Source of the DNA: an uncultured Candidatus Saccharibacteria bacterium
GTDB taxonomy: Bacteria > Patescibacteriota > UBA1384 > DTJR01
Direction of reading: 5' to 3'
Assembly: GCA_964487045.1 (NCBI GenBank)
Contig: CAZAOT010000004.1
Span: 6,605 to 70,604, forward strand
Length of the DNA: 64,000 nucleotides
Position numbers and translations under genes: made by a program. Under the pieces are notes generated by a model. It had not been told where the DNA came from. It worked only from the letters and a program-made list of their open reading frames with translations, and searched no databases. The stretch's first letter is position 1, and each line of letters begins with the position of its first letter. Shown here piece by piece: positions 19,670 through 31,285 of this stretch.

Positions 19670-19731
19670 ATTATTGGTCTCCTTTAATCTATTAAATTTT
19701 CAATTTATTTTAGCAAATTTTTCTCGAATCG

Positions 19732-21837
19732 TCAACTTGAAGAAGGTTTCCTTCCCTCTATAATATTGTTCGCGATATTAGTCGGAACAATTTCATATTT
19801 AAGGAATTCCATCGTGTAACCAGCTCTACCTTGAGTAATTGATCGAAGCGCAGTAGCATATCCGAACATTTCTCCAAGTGGAACTTCAGCTGGGATGGCC
19901 TTAGCGTTTCCTCTATCTTCTACAGTACCAATCTGAGCTCGCTTAGAGTTGAGGTCACCTAAAACATCTCCCATAAATTCTTCTGGGGTTGTTACTTCAA
20001 CCTTCATAATCGGTTCTAGAATTACAGGCTTAGCATTCTTAACTCCTTCTTGAACAGCCATTGACGAAGCTATTTGGAAAGCCATCTCAGAAGAGTCAAC
20101 ATCATGATATGAACCATCATAAAGTGTCACAGAAACATCTACCAGTGGATATCCTGCAATAACTCCTTTATCAAGAGCTTGCATAATTCCTTCCTCACAA
20201 GGCTTGATGAATTCTTTAGGAATTGCACCACCAAAAATTTTGTTGATGAATTCATTTCCAGTGCCTCGTTCTTTCGGGCTCATTTCGATAAATACATGTC
20301 CATATTGTCCACGTCCACCAGATTGTCTGATAAATTTACCTTCAGCCTTGGTTGATTCAAGAATTGCTTCTCGATATGCAACCTGAGGAGCACCAACATT
20401 TGCTTCAACTTTGAATTCTCTCTTCATTCGATCAACAATGATTTCAAGATGAAGTTCGCCCATACCAGAAATAAGGGTTTGATTTGATTCTTTGTCAGTT
20501 GAAATCCTGAAGGTTGGATCTTCTTCTGCTAACTTAGCAAGAGCCAGTCCCATTTTTGTTTGGTCAACCTTGGTTTTTGGCTCAATAGCAATTTGGATAA
20601 CTGGTTCAGGAAACTCAATAGATTCAAGTAGTACTTGCCTTGCTTGATCACAAAGAGTATTACCGGTTGTCGTATTTTTTAGTCCGACAATAGCTGCAAT
20701 TTCTCCTGAAAAAACTTCCTGAACTTCTTCTCTGTGATTAGCGTGCATCCTTAGAATTCTTCCGACTCTTTCTTTTTCGCCAGTTGTTGAGTTTAGGATA
20801 TAACTACCTGACTTCAAAACACCAGAGTAGACTCTAATATATGAAAGTCTTCCTACAAAAGGATCGGTAGCGATCTTAAATGCTAATGCGCAGAACGGGT
20901 CTTCGTCATTTGTAGTTATTTCAATTTCTTCTTCTGTTTTTAGTTTTGTTGCTTTAACTGGAGGAACATCAAGCGGGCTTGGCAAGAAATCTATGACAGC
21001 ATCAAGTAGTAACTGAACACCTTTATTCTTAAGGGCGGTTCCGGTTAAAACTGGCACAAGTTCATTTGCAATTGTTGCTTTTCTGATACCAGCTCTAAGC
21101 TCCTCAGTAGAAAGAGTTCCATCTGAAAGATACTTATCGAGTAATTCCTCACTTGTTTCAGCAACTTTTTCGTCAAGAGTATTTCTCCATTTTTTTGCTT
21201 CTTCAACTAAGTTCTCTGGAATCTCAGAGATTTCGATCTCTCTACTATTTTCATCTTTATATATATGAGCCTTCATCTCAATTAGATCGACTAGTCCCGT
21301 AAATTTCTCTTCTGATCCAATTGGAATCTGTAGTGGTACAGCATTTGCCCCAAGCTTTTCTAGGATAGAATTATAACTTTTAAAGAAGTCTGCACCCATC
21401 CTATCAAGTTTGTTAATAAAACATATTCTAGGAACATGATACTTTTCAGCCTGTCTCCAAACGGTTTCACTTTGTGGTTCAACACCTGCAACTCCGTCAA
21501 AAATCACAACTCCACCGTCTAAGACTCGAAGCGATCTTTCAACCTCAACCGTAAAGTCAACGTGACCCGGGGTATCAATAATATTAATTCTTGTAGAATT
21601 TTCCTTTTCTTCTCGAGGAGTCCAGAAACAGGTAGTGGCAGCTGAAGTAATAGTAATTCCCCTCTCTTTTTCTTGCTCCATCCAGTCCATTTCGGCCTGG
21701 CCTTCATGCACCTCACCGATCTTGTGTTTTTTACCCGTATAAAATAATACTCTCTCAGTTACGGTAGTTTTACCGGCATCAATGTGAGCAATTATTCCAA
21801 TATTTCTGGTTCTTTCTAAGCTATACTCTCTTGCCAT
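19732..21837 (-). CDS. fusA: Elongation factor G
   Basis: [41 protein letters not shown]. Confidence 0.99.
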   Translation of the reverse strand: MAREYSLERTRNIGIIAHIDAGKTTVTERVLFYTGKKHKIGEVHEGQAEMDWMEQEKERGITITSAATTCFWTPREEKENSTRINIIDTPGHVDFTVEVERSLRVLDGGVVIFDGVAGVEPQSETVWRQAEKYHVPRICFINKLDRMGADFFKSYNSILEKLGANAVPLQIPIGSEEKFTGLVDLIEMKAHIYKDENSREIEISEIPENLVEEAKKWRNTLDEKVAETSEELLDKYLSDGTLSTEELRAGIRKATIANELVPVLTGTALKNKGVQLLLDAVIDFLPSPLDVPPVKATKLKTEEEIEITTNDEDPFCALAFKIATDPFVGRLSYIRVYSGVLKSGSYILNSTTGEKERVGRILRMHANHREEVQEVFSGEIAAIVGLKNTTTGNTLCDQARQVLLESIEFPEPVIQIAIEPKTKVDQTKMGLALAKLAEEDPTFRISTDKESNQTLISGMGELHLEIIVDRMKREFKVEANVGAPQVAYREAILESTKAEGKFIRQSGGRGQYGHVFIEMSPKERGTGNEFINKIFGGAIPKEFIKPCEEGIMQALDKGVIAGYPLVDVSVTLYDGSYHDVDSSEMAFQIASSMAVQEGVKNAKPVILEPIMKVEVTTPEEFMGDVLGDLNSKRAQIGTVEDRGNAKAIPAEVPLGEMFGYATALRSITQGRAGYTMEFLKYEIVPTNIANNIIEGRKPSSS

Positions 21838-21879
21838 TTAATCCTCTCAAAAGTTAAAATATCCCCTAATTCACGCCTC

Positions 21880-22356
21880 TTATCGCATCTTAGCAAAGTG
21901 AGCAAAGGCTCTATTTGCTTCAGCCATTCTGTGAGTGTCTTCTCGTTTCTTAATCGCAGCTCCAGTGCCAGCTAAGATATCCTGATATTCCAAGGCAAGT
22001 CTCTGATGCATTGGCATACCTTTTCTGCTTTTAGCTGCTTCAATTATCCATCTCATTGCGAGAGCTGTTCGTCGTGGCTCTTTAACCTCAATTGGCACCT
22101 GGTAGTTTGCGCCACCTATTCTCTTAGATCTTACCTCTACCTGGGGGGCAACTGTCGAAAGAGCCGTGTTGAAGACCTCAAGAGGTTCCTTCTTAAGTTT
22201 GCTACCAGCCTCATCTAATGAGCTATAAACGATCTCTTCAGCTACTGACCTCTTACCATTATTCATAATATAATTTATGAATTTGGAGACAGAAGTGGAG
22301 CCGAATCTAACATCAGGGGCTAATAGTCTTTTTTTGTAGTTACTTCTTCCTCGCAT
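21880..22356 (-). CDS. rpsG: 30S ribosomal protein S7
   Basis: EVRSKRIGGANYQVP, HRMAEANRAFAHF. Confidence 0.98.
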   Translation of the reverse strand: MRGRSNYKKRLLAPDVRFGSTSVSKFINYIMNNGKRSVAEEIVYSSLDEAGSKLKKEPLEVFNTALSTVAPQVEVRSKRIGGANYQVPIEVKEPRRTALAMRWIIEAAKSRKGMPMHQRLALEYQDILAGTGAAIKKREDTHRMAEANRAFAHFAKMR

Positions 22357-22357
22357 T

Positions 22358-22780
22358 TTACTTCTCCGATGCTTTCTTTACACCATATTTACTTCTAGAT
22401 TTCATTCTTTTTTGTACACCTTGGGTATCAAGCTTGCCTCTAACTATGTGATATCTCACACCCGGCAAGTCTTTTACCCTACCACCACGAACCAGAACAA
22501 CTGAGTGCTCCTGAAGATTGTGTCCGATTCCAGGGATATAAGCAGTGATTTCCTGTCCATTAGTAAGTCTAACTTTAGCAATTTTTCTAAGTGCTGAGTT
22601 AGGCTTCTTTGGCGTCATGGTCGTAACCTTGGTACAAACTCCTCGCTTAAAAGGATTTGATTTATCGGCCATGGTTGGTTTATTCTTCAAGTAATTGAAG
22701 TTTTTAGCCAAAGACGGGCTTTTGCTTTTCTTGACTTGGGTTGTTCTAGCTTTCTTGATTAATTGATTTACTGTTGGCAT
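22358..22780 (-). CDS. rpsL: 30S ribosomal protein S12
   Basis: [30 protein letters not shown]. Confidence 0.99.
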   Translation of the reverse strand: MPTVNQLIKKARTTQVKKSKSPSLAKNFNYLKNKPTMADKSNPFKRGVCTKVTTMTPKKPNSALRKIAKVRLTNGQEITAYIPGIGHNLQEHSVVLVRGGRVKDLPGVRYHIVRGKLDTQGVQKRMKSRSKYGVKKASEK

Positions 22781-25700
22781 TTACTTCTTTCCAATCTTGC
22801 TGGTATTTAATCCTGTTCCAGCGGGTATTAGTTTACCAATAATTACGTTCTCTTTCAACCCCCTAAGCTCATCTACCGCTCCTCTAATAGCAGCGTTGAT
22901 AAGCACACCTGTTGTTTCTTGGAATGAGGCGGCGGACAAGAAGCTCTCGGTCTTCAAGGCAACTCTGGTTATACCCATAATTATTCTTTCGGCCTTAGCT
23001 TCTTCCTTCTTAGCTTTTCTGAGCTTTTCATTTTCAGCCTCTAGCTCTAACAAGTCTACAACTTGGCCAGGAACCATTTCGCCATCACCTTCATCAACAA
23101 TTCTGAATTTGGAGATATTCTGTTTGATGATGACCTCAAGATGTTTGTCATTAATTGACTGACCTTGAGACATATAAATTCCCTTGGTTTCCTTAATCAT
23201 GTACTTGATAACTTCCTGTTCGCCTCTAAGCTTAAGAATTGATGAAAGGTTAAGGTGACCTTCTGCCAAGACCTGTCCTTTTTCTACCTTGTCATTATTC
23301 TTAACTGAGAGAGTTAGGCCAGGGTTAACTACGTAATTAGCTGAAAGCTTTTCGCGTGAAGTAATAGTGACTTTTCCTTTGCCGATTTTTATCTGTCCAG
23401 CAATATTTGATCTAACTGCCTTTCTGTCTTTACACACTGCAATTGCTTTCTTAGCTTTTATTTCGTCTTTGTCTTTAACTACTAGTTCATATCCTTCTGG
23501 AATTTGTAGTTCTTCCTGCATGTCATCTTCAGAGATAATCTCGATGATGTTACCTTCGCGGCCTTTAGAGATGTGAACAATACCAGTAATCTCAGCAATT
23601 GGAGCCTCATATTTTGGTCTTCGAGCTTCAAATAGTTCTTCAACTCGTGGAAGACCAGAGGTAATATCTTCTCCAGAAACTCCGCCAAGGTGGAATGTTT
23701 TCATGGTTAGCTGAGTTCCAGGTTCACCAATAGCTTGCGCAGCGATAACTCCGACAGTAACTCCCATTTCAACAATCTTTCCTGTTGCAAGGTCGCGTCC
23801 ATAACACTTTTGGCAGACACCATGCTTTTCAGAGCAGAATGCTACTGATCGGACTAATACATTTTCGACTGAAGAATCTTCAATTTCTTTAGAGATTTCT
23901 TTGGTAATTTCTTCACCAGCTTTGACAATAATTCGCTTTCCGTCCTTGACATCAACTGCAGCGATTCTACCATCAACTCTTTCAGCAAATGTTTCACCGA
24001 ACTCTTCTGATTCATTTCTATTCATTGTTATCCCGCGCTCAGTCTTACAATCAGCAGCTCGGACAATGATTTCTTGAGCGACATCCACAAGTCTTCTGGT
24101 TAGATATCCAGCATCTGAGGTTCGAAGAGAAGTATCTGATCTACCTTTTCTAGAACCATGAGAGGAAATAAAGTATTCGAATACGGTTAAACCTTCTCGA
24201 TAGTTTGAGACGATAGGAATTTCGATAATTTCTCCAGCAGGGTTTACTACGAGTCCTTTCATACCAGCCATCTGAATAAGCTGCGCAACCGAACCTCTTG
24301 TACCAGAGTTTACATATGTAAGAACTGGGTTTTCCTTGGAGTAATTCTCCATCATTTTCTTTTCGATTTCGCTTCTTGCTTGTGACCAATAATCAATAGA
24401 CTTGATTCGTTTTTCATCAGGAGTAATAAGACCACGTCTTAAGAGCATTTCGGTTTCTTCAATCTTAGCCTGAGCTCTTGCAACAATTTCTTCCTTAGCG
24501 ACAGGTACCTCGATATCTTCAATTCCGATTGAAAGACCGGAGATAGTCGCATATTCGAATCCTAGCTCTTTGATCTTATCTAGAAGCTCAGCAGTTCTTT
24601 GTGAACCATGGATCTTGAATACTTCGGAAACGATTTTCTTCATAGTCTTAGCATCAATCGCTTTGTTAACATATCCAAGGTCGTCTGGAATATTGTTATT
24701 GAACAAAATTCTTCCAACACAAGTCTCAACTAGCTTATAGTGCTCCTTCTCAACTACTTCTGTATCTGACTCATATATTGGGTCATCCATTCTGACTTTA
24801 ATAGCAGTTTTAAGAGTAATGTTGCCAGTCTGCCAAGCCATAATCGCTTCGTTCTTACCAGCATACATTTTGAGCTTGTCGCTCTCGTGCACCATGAATG
24901 TTATATAGTAGCAGCCTAGAATCATATCAAATCTAGGGGTTACAATAGGTTCTCCTGAAGCTGGCTTAAGCAAGTTTCGACTGGAAAGCATAATTTCCTG
25001 CGCTTCACGCCTGGCATTGTCTGAAAGAGGAACGTGAACAGCCATTTGGTCTCCATCAAAGTCAGCATTAAATGCCTGGCAGACCAATGGATGGATCTGA
25101 ATAGCTTTTCCTTCAATTAGGACTGGAAGGAAAGCTTGAATACCAAGTCTGTGCAAGGTTGGGGCTCGGTTTAGCATCACATAGTGATTTGCAGTAACTT
25201 GCTCAAGAATATCCCAAACAATAGGATCTTTTTGTTCGATTAATTTAGTAGCATTCTTAACGTTGTAGACATGTCCTTCTGAGATCAACTTGGCTATTAC
25301 GAAGGTTTTGAATAACTCTAAGGCCATTACCTTTGGAATACCGCACTGATGAAGTCCAAGGTCCGGTCCTACAACAATTACTGATCGTCCAGAATAGTCG
25401 ACTCTTTTTCCGAGTAAGTTCTGTCTAAATCGTCCTTGTTTTCCTCTTAGAATGTCAGATAAACTTCTTAATTTTCTTTGATTTCCAGCAACCGCTGCTC
25501 GTCCTCGTCTTGCAGAGTTGTCTAGAAGTGCATCAACTGCCTCTTGAAGCATTCTCTTCTCGTTTCGGCAGATTACTTCAGGGGCTCCTGCTGTAAGAAG
25601 CTTCTTAAGTCGGTTATTTCTATTTAGAACTCTTCTATATAAGTCGTTAAGGTCAGAAGCAGCAAATCTTCCACCATCAAGCTGTACCATCGGACGCAAA

Positions 25701-26569
25701 TCTGGAGGAATAACTGGAAGATTCTTTAGAATCAACCATTCAGGCTTGATACCGGTCGACTTCATGTCCTTGAATAACTTCAAAGATCTCAAAAGTTTCT
25801 TTCGATTTGCAGTGATGTTTCCCTCTAGCTTTTGTTCAAGATTCTTAATCTCTACATCTAGATCAACATTGGAAAGCAAGTCATAAATCGCTTCGGCTCC
25901 GATAGATACTTTGGCAACATTTCCGTATTTTAAGGAGAGAGAAGTATACTCAGCTTCGCTTAGAACCTTTTTATACTGAATTTGTTGTAGTTCACTTCTA
26001 GATGCTTTGAATGCACTATCAAGCTTAGCAGCTGCAATTTCGTTGTTCTTAAACTGAGGATCTTTCTTGGCTTCTTCATATTCTTTCTGAAGTTGCTCTA
26101 GAGCCTCATTTTTGATTTCTTCGTTTACACCTGTGACTACGAATGCTGCAAAGTATGTTACAGATTCAATATCCGATATTGTCATATCTAATATTGTACT
26201 GATTACTCCGCCGCCACCTCTGACATACCAAACATGTACTACTGGAACTACTAGTTCAATATGTCCCATTCGCTCTCTTCTTACGGCAGATTTTGTAACT
26301 TCAACTCCGCAGCGATCGCAAATGACGCCTTTGTATCTGATTTTCTTGTATTTTCCGCAATAACATTCCCAGTCTTTTACCGGTCCAAAAACTCTTTCAT
26401 CAAATAATCCATCGCGTTCTGGCTTTTGGGTTCGGTAGTTTATGGTTTCTGGCTTAGTGATTTCACCGTACGACCAGTTCATTATTTCCTCAGGTGAGGC
26501 AATTGTCAGCTTCATTTTTTCGAAGTCTTTTAGAATGACTTCCTTCTTTTCTCTGATTTGGTTATTCAT
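22781..26569 (-). CDS. rpoC: RNA polymerase beta' subunit
   Basis: NADFDGDQMAVH catalytic motif, N-terminal Zn finger; ATG at 26569 after GAGGAGGA, overlapping the rpoB stop. Confidence 0.99.
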   Translation of the reverse strand: MNNQIREKKEVILKDFEKMKLTIASPEEIMNWSYGEITKPETINYRTQKPERDGLFDERVFGPVKDWECYCGKYKKIRYKGVICDRCGVEVTKSAVRRERMGHIELVVPVVHVWYVRGGGGVISTILDMTISDIESVTYFAAFVVTGVNEEIKNEALEQLQKEYEEAKKDPQFKNNEIAAAKLDSAFKASRSELQQIQYKKVLSEAEYTSLSLKYGNVAKVSIGAEAIYDLLSNVDLDVEIKNLEQKLEGNITANRKKLLRSLKLFKDMKSTGIKPEWLILKNLPVIPPDLRPMVQLDGGRFAASDLNDLYRRVLNRNNRLKKLLTAGAPEVICRNEKRMLQEAVDALLDNSARRGRAAVAGNQRKLRSLSDILRGKQGRFRQNLLGKRVDYSGRSVIVVGPDLGLHQCGIPKVMALELFKTFVIAKLISEGHVYNVKNATKLIEQKDPIVWDILEQVTANHYVMLNRAPTLHRLGIQAFLPVLIEGKAIQIHPLVCQAFNADFDGDQMAVHVPLSDNARREAQEIMLSSRNLLKPASGEPIVTPRFDMILGCYYITFMVHESDKLKMYAGKNEAIMAWQTGNITLKTAIKVRMDDPIYESDTEVVEKEHYKLVETCVGRILFNNNIPDDLGYVNKAIDAKTMKKIVSEVFKIHGSQRTAELLDKIKELGFEYATISGLSIGIEDIEVPVAKEEIVARAQAKIEETEMLLRRGLITPDEKRIKSIDYWSQARSEIEKKMMENYSKENPVLTYVNSGTRGSVAQLIQMAGMKGLVVNPAGEIIEIPIVSNYREGLTVFEYFISSHGSRKGRSDTSLRTSDAGYLTRRLVDVAQEIIVRAADCKTERGITMNRNESEEFGETFAERVDGRIAAVDVKDGKRIIVKAGEEITKEISKEIEDSSVENVLVRSVAFCSEKHGVCQKCYGRDLATGKIVEMGVTVGVIAAQAIGEPGTQLTMKTFHLGGVSGEDITSGLPRVEELFEARRPKYEAPIAEITGIVHISKGREGNIIEIISEDDMQEELQIPEGYELVVKDKDEIKAKKAIAVCKDRKAVRSNIAGQIKIGKGKVTITSREKLSANYVVNPGLTLSVKNNDKVEKGQVLAEGHLNLSSILKLRGEQEVIKYMIKETKGIYMSQGQSINDKHLEVIIKQNISKFRIVDEGDGEMVPGQVVDLLELEAENEKLRKAKKEEAKAERIIMGITRVALKTESFLSAASFQETTGVLINAAIRGAVDELRGLKENVIIGKLIPAGTGLNTSKIGKK

Positions 26570-29500
26570 GGTCCTCCTCATCTTTGGTTTCTTCAATTGG
26601 TGGATTTTCTTCTTGACCTGCAAAGATCTCAGTTAATTCCCTATCTTCACTCTCTTCCTCTACAGGAGCTTCTTCTTTTTTAGGTAATTCTTCTCTTCTT
26701 GGAAGTGGTCTTGGTTTGTATTCTTCTTCAACTTCTTCAATCTTGCCACCTATCATTTCCGGTGAGAGTGCCAAACCCTGAAGTTCACGAACAAGCACAT
26801 TAAATGATGCTGGAACAGATGGTTTTTCAATAGCTTCATTTCTGATAATCGATTCATATGCGCGTGATCTTCCGGTAACATCGTCTGATTTGATTGTAAG
26901 CATTTCTTGCAGAATATGAGCGGCTCCATATGCTTCGAGAGCCCAGACTTCCATTTCTCCGAATCTCTGACCTCCGAATTGAGCCTTTCCGCCAAGTGGC
27001 TGCTGAGTAACCATAGAGTATGGTCCAACTGACCTTGCGTGCATCTTGTCATCAACAAGGTGAGCAAGTTTTAGAATGTATTTTTGACCAACGGTAATTC
27101 TTGATTCAAATGGCTCTCCAGTTTTTCCATCATATAGAGTCATCTTTCCATCTTCACTGTATCCGGCTTCTTTCAATAGTTCCTTAATCTTGTCTACTTG
27201 AACTCCGTCAAAGACAGGTGTGGCCACTATCATACCTAACTTATCGGCTGCTAAGCCAAGATGAGTTTCGAGAATCTGACCTAGGTTCATTCTTGAAACT
27301 ACGCCAAGTGGGTTAAGAATAATATCAATTGGAGTTCCATCTTCCATATAAGGCATGTCTTCAGCTGGCAGGACAGTCGAGATAACTCCTTTGTTACCAT
27401 GTCGTCCAGCAAGTTTGTCTCCAACTGAGATCTTTCTCATTTGAGCGACAGAGACTTCTACCATTTGATTAACGCCTTCTGGTAATTCGTCATTTGCTTC
27501 TTTTGAGAAAAGTTTTATTTCAATTACTTTTCCTTTTTCTCCGTGCGGCAGTCTTAGGGATGAATCTTTTACATCCTTAGCTTTCTCACCAAAGATTGCG
27601 CGGAGAAGTTTTTCCTCGACTGAAAGTTCAGTTTCTCCTTTTGGTGAAATTTTACCAACCAGGATATCACCAGCCTCTACTTCGGCACCAACGCGAACTA
27701 CTCCATTTTCATCGAGGTTTGAAAGGGCTTCCTCTCCTACGTTTGGAATGTCGCGGGTAATTATTTCAGGTCCAAGTTTTGTGTCTCTAATTTCAATTGC
27801 ATATTTTTCAATATGAATAGAAGTAAGGATATCTTCCTTAACTAATTTATCGGAGATTATAATAGCATCTTCATAGTTACCTCCACGGTAACTCATAAAA
27901 GCTACAAGAAGGTTTCTACCGAGCGCTAAATGGCCATTGTCGGTAGCAGGACCATCCGCTAGAATATCACCCTTTTTAACCTTATCACCAGCATTTGCAA
28001 GAATCTTCTGATTGATACAAGTTCCCTGGTTGCTTCTTGTGAATTTTTCTAAGTGAATTTGATGCTTATTTCCCTTGGTATCTTTAACAACAATTCTTTC
28101 AGCAGATGCTTCCTCAACAACTCCATCAGCTGGAGCAGGAATGACGTGACCGCTTGAAAGAGCGGCGTCAGCTTCCATTCCAGTTCCAACAATTGGAGCC
28201 TCAGTTTTTACAACTGGAACAGCCTGACGTTGCATGTTCGAACCCATGTTTGCTCGAACTGCATCATCGTGCTCAATAAATGGAATCAGAGCGGTAGTAA
28301 TTGAAGCAATTTGTTTTGGTGATACGTCCATGTACTCGATGCTGCTAACTGGTTCGATAGAAGGTGAACCGAATTTTCGAACAGCCACACGCTTACCGAG
28401 AATGTTTCCATCTTTGTCTTTTTTGGTTGAAGATGGGGCAATAACAGTTTTTTCTTCAGCAGATGCATCAAGATAAACGATTTTCTTTGAAACTTTTTGC
28501 TTTCCGCCAACTGAGTCAACAACTAGATAAGGAGTTTCAATAAAACCATAATCATTGACCTTACCATAGGAAGCTAGGTAGCCTACTAATCCAATATTCG
28601 GTCCTTCTGGTGTTTCAATAGGACAGATTCTTCCATAGTGAGATTGGTGAACGTCTCTAACTTCGAATCCGGCTCTTTCCCTAGAAAGTCCTCCAGGACC
28701 AGTAGCAGACAACGTTCTCTTATGCTCAAGCTCAGCTAGTGGGTTAGTCTGGTTCATGAACTGAGACATTTGCGAAGAAGCGAAGAATTCCTGTAGCACA
28801 GCAACAATTGGCCTTGAGTTAACAAGCTGAGCTGGAGTTGCTGAATCAGTTTCAACAACACTCATTCTATCCTTAATGATTCTTTCCATTCGAAGGAATC
28901 CAACTCTAAGTCGTGATTGTACTAATTCACCAACCGCTCGGACTCTTCTGTTCTTCAAGTGATCAATATCATCAGCTTCTGCCATTGGATCGTTGTTAAG
29001 TCTAATGATCTCTCTGATGATCTCAACAACGTCATCGAGTCTTAAAATTCTTCCAGCTACATCTTCTTTTACATTAATATCCAATCTTCGGTTAACCTTA
29101 TATCGGCCAACCTTTCCAAGGTCATATCTCTTAGGATTGAAGAACAGAGCGTCAATAAAGACTTTGGCTGCTTCCGCAGTTGCCAAGTCTCCCGGTCTTA
29201 TTCTCTTATATACTTCAACGAGCGCCGTATCTTGATCTTTTGCAAGATCTTTTGCAAGAGTTTGCTCAATAAATTTCATTTCTGGATTATCATCAACATC
29301 AGAAAATTTTCTAAGAATTTCTTCATTTGACTTCATTCCGAGTGCTTTTAGGAATGTAGTAACTGGGATTTTTCTTTTTCGGTCAACCTTTACTGAGATA
29401 ATTCCGCGATTTGAGGTTTCAAATTCTAGCCAAGCTCCTCTGGAAGGAATCAGCTTAGCGCCAAAAAGTTTCTTACCCGCGACTTCTTCAGCGACAAAGA

Positions 29501-29924
29501 TTACTCCGTATGATCTAACTATCTGGGAAACTACAACTCTTTCTACACCATTAATAATGAATGTTCCCCTGTCTGTCATTACTGGAAAGTCGCCAAGAAA
29601 GACTCTTGATGCCTTGGTCTTTTTAGTAAATTTATTCTCAAGGACGACGTCACACATCAAAGGAGCCTTATAGGTAAGGTTTCTGGCTCTTGCTGTAATT
29701 TCATCTACCTTAGGCTCACCCAGGTCATACTTATTGAACTCTAGTGTTAGAGCCTCTCCAGTGAAGTCATCAACGGGTGAAATTTCATCAAGAAGTTCCC
29801 TAATCCCCTCTTCAAAAAGCCATCTATAAGAGCTCTTTTGAATCTCGATCAAGTTTGGTAACTCTACTCTGACATGGTCGTCAGTAAAATACGTGTACGA
29901 TTTTGGCGATGTTTTTTTAGCCAT
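26562..29924 (-). CDS. rpoB: RNA polymerase beta subunit
   Basis: ETPEGPNIGL, GDKLAGRHGNKG, GGQRFGEMEVWALEAYGA; ATG at 29924. Confidence 0.99.
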   Translation of the reverse strand: MAKKTSPKSYTYFTDDHVRVELPNLIEIQKSSYRWLFEEGIRELLDEISPVDDFTGEALTLEFNKYDLGEPKVDEITARARNLTYKAPLMCDVVLENKFTKKTKASRVFLGDFPVMTDRGTFIINGVERVVVSQIVRSYGVIFVAEEVAGKKLFGAKLIPSRGAWLEFETSNRGIISVKVDRKRKIPVTTFLKALGMKSNEEILRKFSDVDDNPEMKFIEQTLAKDLAKDQDTALVEVYKRIRPGDLATAEAAKVFIDALFFNPKRYDLGKVGRYKVNRRLDINVKEDVAGRILRLDDVVEIIREIIRLNNDPMAEADDIDHLKNRRVRAVGELVQSRLRVGFLRMERIIKDRMSVVETDSATPAQLVNSRPIVAVLQEFFASSQMSQFMNQTNPLAELEHKRTLSATGPGGLSRERAGFEVRDVHQSHYGRICPIETPEGPNIGLVGYLASYGKVNDYGFIETPYLVVDSVGGKQKVSKKIVYLDASAEEKTVIAPSSTKKDKDGNILGKRVAVRKFGSPSIEPVSSIEYMDVSPKQIASITTALIPFIEHDDAVRANMGSNMQRQAVPVVKTEAPIVGTGMEADAALSSGHVIPAPADGVVEEASAERIVVKDTKGNKHQIHLEKFTRSNQGTCINQKILANAGDKVKKGDILADGPATDNGHLALGRNLLVAFMSYRGGNYEDAIIISDKLVKEDILTSIHIEKYAIEIRDTKLGPEIITRDIPNVGEEALSNLDENGVVRVGAEVEAGDILVGKISPKGETELSVEEKLLRAIFGEKAKDVKDSSLRLPHGEKGKVIEIKLFSKEANDELPEGVNQMVEVSVAQMRKISVGDKLAGRHGNKGVISTVLPAEDMPYMEDGTPIDIILNPLGVVSRMNLGQILETHLGLAADKLGMIVATPVFDGVQVDKIKELLKEAGYSEDGKMTLYDGKTGEPFESRITVGQKYILKLAHLVDDKMHARSVGPYSMVTQQPLGGKAQFGGQRFGEMEVWALEAYGAAHILQEMLTIKSDDVTGRSRAYESIIRNEAIEKPSVPASFNVLVRELQGLALSPEMIGGKIEEVEEEYKPRPLPRREELPKKEEAPVEEESEDRELTEIFAGQEENPPIEETKDEEDHE

Positions 29925-30130
29925 TAGACATCTTCCCCTTCGCCCGCAGTTTTTGCGGAGCACTTATTTACTCTTATATATGCCACTCTCATCAACCAAA
30001 ACTTATCCTTTTGAGCGTGAAAATCTTTTTCTAACACGAAAACACTTGCATACAGCAAGTTAACCCTCCTGCCGATTTAGCAGTTTTTGAAATACACTGA
30101 TAGGATTTCTAATTTATTTTATCTTTACTA

Positions 30131-30158
30131 ATTATAAACTTATTTTAGCTCTTGTCAA
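30131..30158 (-). promoter_or_regulatory. Consensus sigma70 promoter for the rpoB superoperon
   Basis: Minus strand TTGACA (30158-30153), 16 nt, TATAAT (30136-30131); leaves a ~200-nt leader. Confidence 0.65.
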
Positions 30159-30163
30159 CCCTT

Positions 30164-30847
30164 TTAGATGATAAATTTCTTACTTTCTCCAGGCTCTAAA
30201 TCACCAAGCTCAAATGAAGCAATTCTAATACGTTTAAGTTTTTTTACACTAAGGCCTGCTTTTTCAAAAGTCCGCCTGATTTGCCTCTTTATTCCTTGAG
30301 TTAATATTACATTAAATACCGCTACAGACCCCTCTTGCTTAATAAGTTTAATTTGTGACGGGTTAGTCTTTACATTATCTAACTTAATTCCACACTTGAA
30401 AAATTTAATCGCATTTTCTAGTTTTATCGTACGATCTTTAAATGGAAGTTTTACTTCTACTATATATTCACGCTCATGAGAATGACTAGGGTGAATTAAC
30501 TTTTGAGCGAAATCGCCATCATTTGTAAGAATCATTAGGCCTTCAGACTCCTTATCCAATCTGCCAACAGGAAATAAGCCTTTTTGGTCGATCAGATCTA
30601 TTACTTTGAGGCGAGCGAACTTATCATCCACAGTCGAAGTGTATCCAACTGGTTTATAAAGCAAATAATATAATTTTTGTGCCAGAGTGACTTCTTTTCC
30701 ATCAACGGCGACTATATCTCCATTTTCAACCCTGTCGCTTAGTACGGCTTTTTTACCATTTATAAGTACGCGACCGGATTTTACGTACTCTTCCGATTTC
30801 CTTCTGCTAGAAAGACCTGACTTGGCTAAGTAAGCATTTATTCTCAT
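30164..30847 (-). CDS. rRNA pseudouridine synthase, RsuA/RluB family
   Basis: S4 domain MRINAYLAKSGLSSRRK; YKPVGY; PVGRLDKESEGL; GIKRQIRR; LKRIRI. Confidence 0.93.
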   Translation of the reverse strand: MRINAYLAKSGLSSRRKSEEYVKSGRVLINGKKAVLSDRVENGDIVAVDGKEVTLAQKLYYLLYKPVGYTSTVDDKFARLKVIDLIDQKGLFPVGRLDKESEGLMILTNDGDFAQKLIHPSHSHEREYIVEVKLPFKDRTIKLENAIKFFKCGIKLDNVKTNPSQIKLIKQEGSVAVFNVILTQGIKRQIRRTFEKAGLSVKKLKRIRIASFELGDLEPGESKKFII

Positions 30848-30927
30848 TTTTGTGAGTATAGAGTTTATTGGCCCTTCGGTCAACTAAGATTATTGACTTA
30901 TGGCCTATTTTGAGGTAAAATTTTCTC

Positions 30928-31258
30928 GCCTAACTGTTTGAAGTAGTTGCCCTGCCATATGGTAGGGAGGAAAGTCCGAGCACCAAGAGTAAGGCACCCG
31001 CTAACGTGGGCTGTTGCGAAGCAAGGGAACAGTACAACAGAAAATATACCGCTCACTGCCCGCAAGGGTAAGAGTAAGGTTGAAAACGTAAGGTAAGAGC
31101 TTACGCTTTCACGAGGCAACTCGTGTCTGTGGAAACCCTGCCCGGTGCAAGTCAGGTGGGCCTCAATCATCAATAAGAGCTACTCGCTCGATGTCCAGGG
31201 TCCTGACGCATAGATAGATGACTACATAAACAGAACTCGGCTTATCAAACAGTTAGGC
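30928..31258 (+). ncRNA. rnpB: RNase P RNA
   Basis: GAGGAAAGTCCGAGC and ACAGAACTCGGCTTAT conserved P4 strands; ACAGAAA motif; P1 GCCTAACTGTTTGA/TCAAACAGTTAGGC. Confidence 0.95.
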
Positions 31259-31283
31259 AAAGCTCTTAATTAGGAGCTTTTTT
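31259..31283. terminator. Bidirectional intrinsic terminator between rnpB and uvrA
   Basis: AAAGCTC...GAGCTTT stem followed by a T-run. Confidence 0.7.
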
Positions 31284-31285
31284 AT

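Noticed and set aside
30898-31173. 91-aa minus-strand ORF
   Set aside because: It is antisense to the RNase P RNA gene and spurious.
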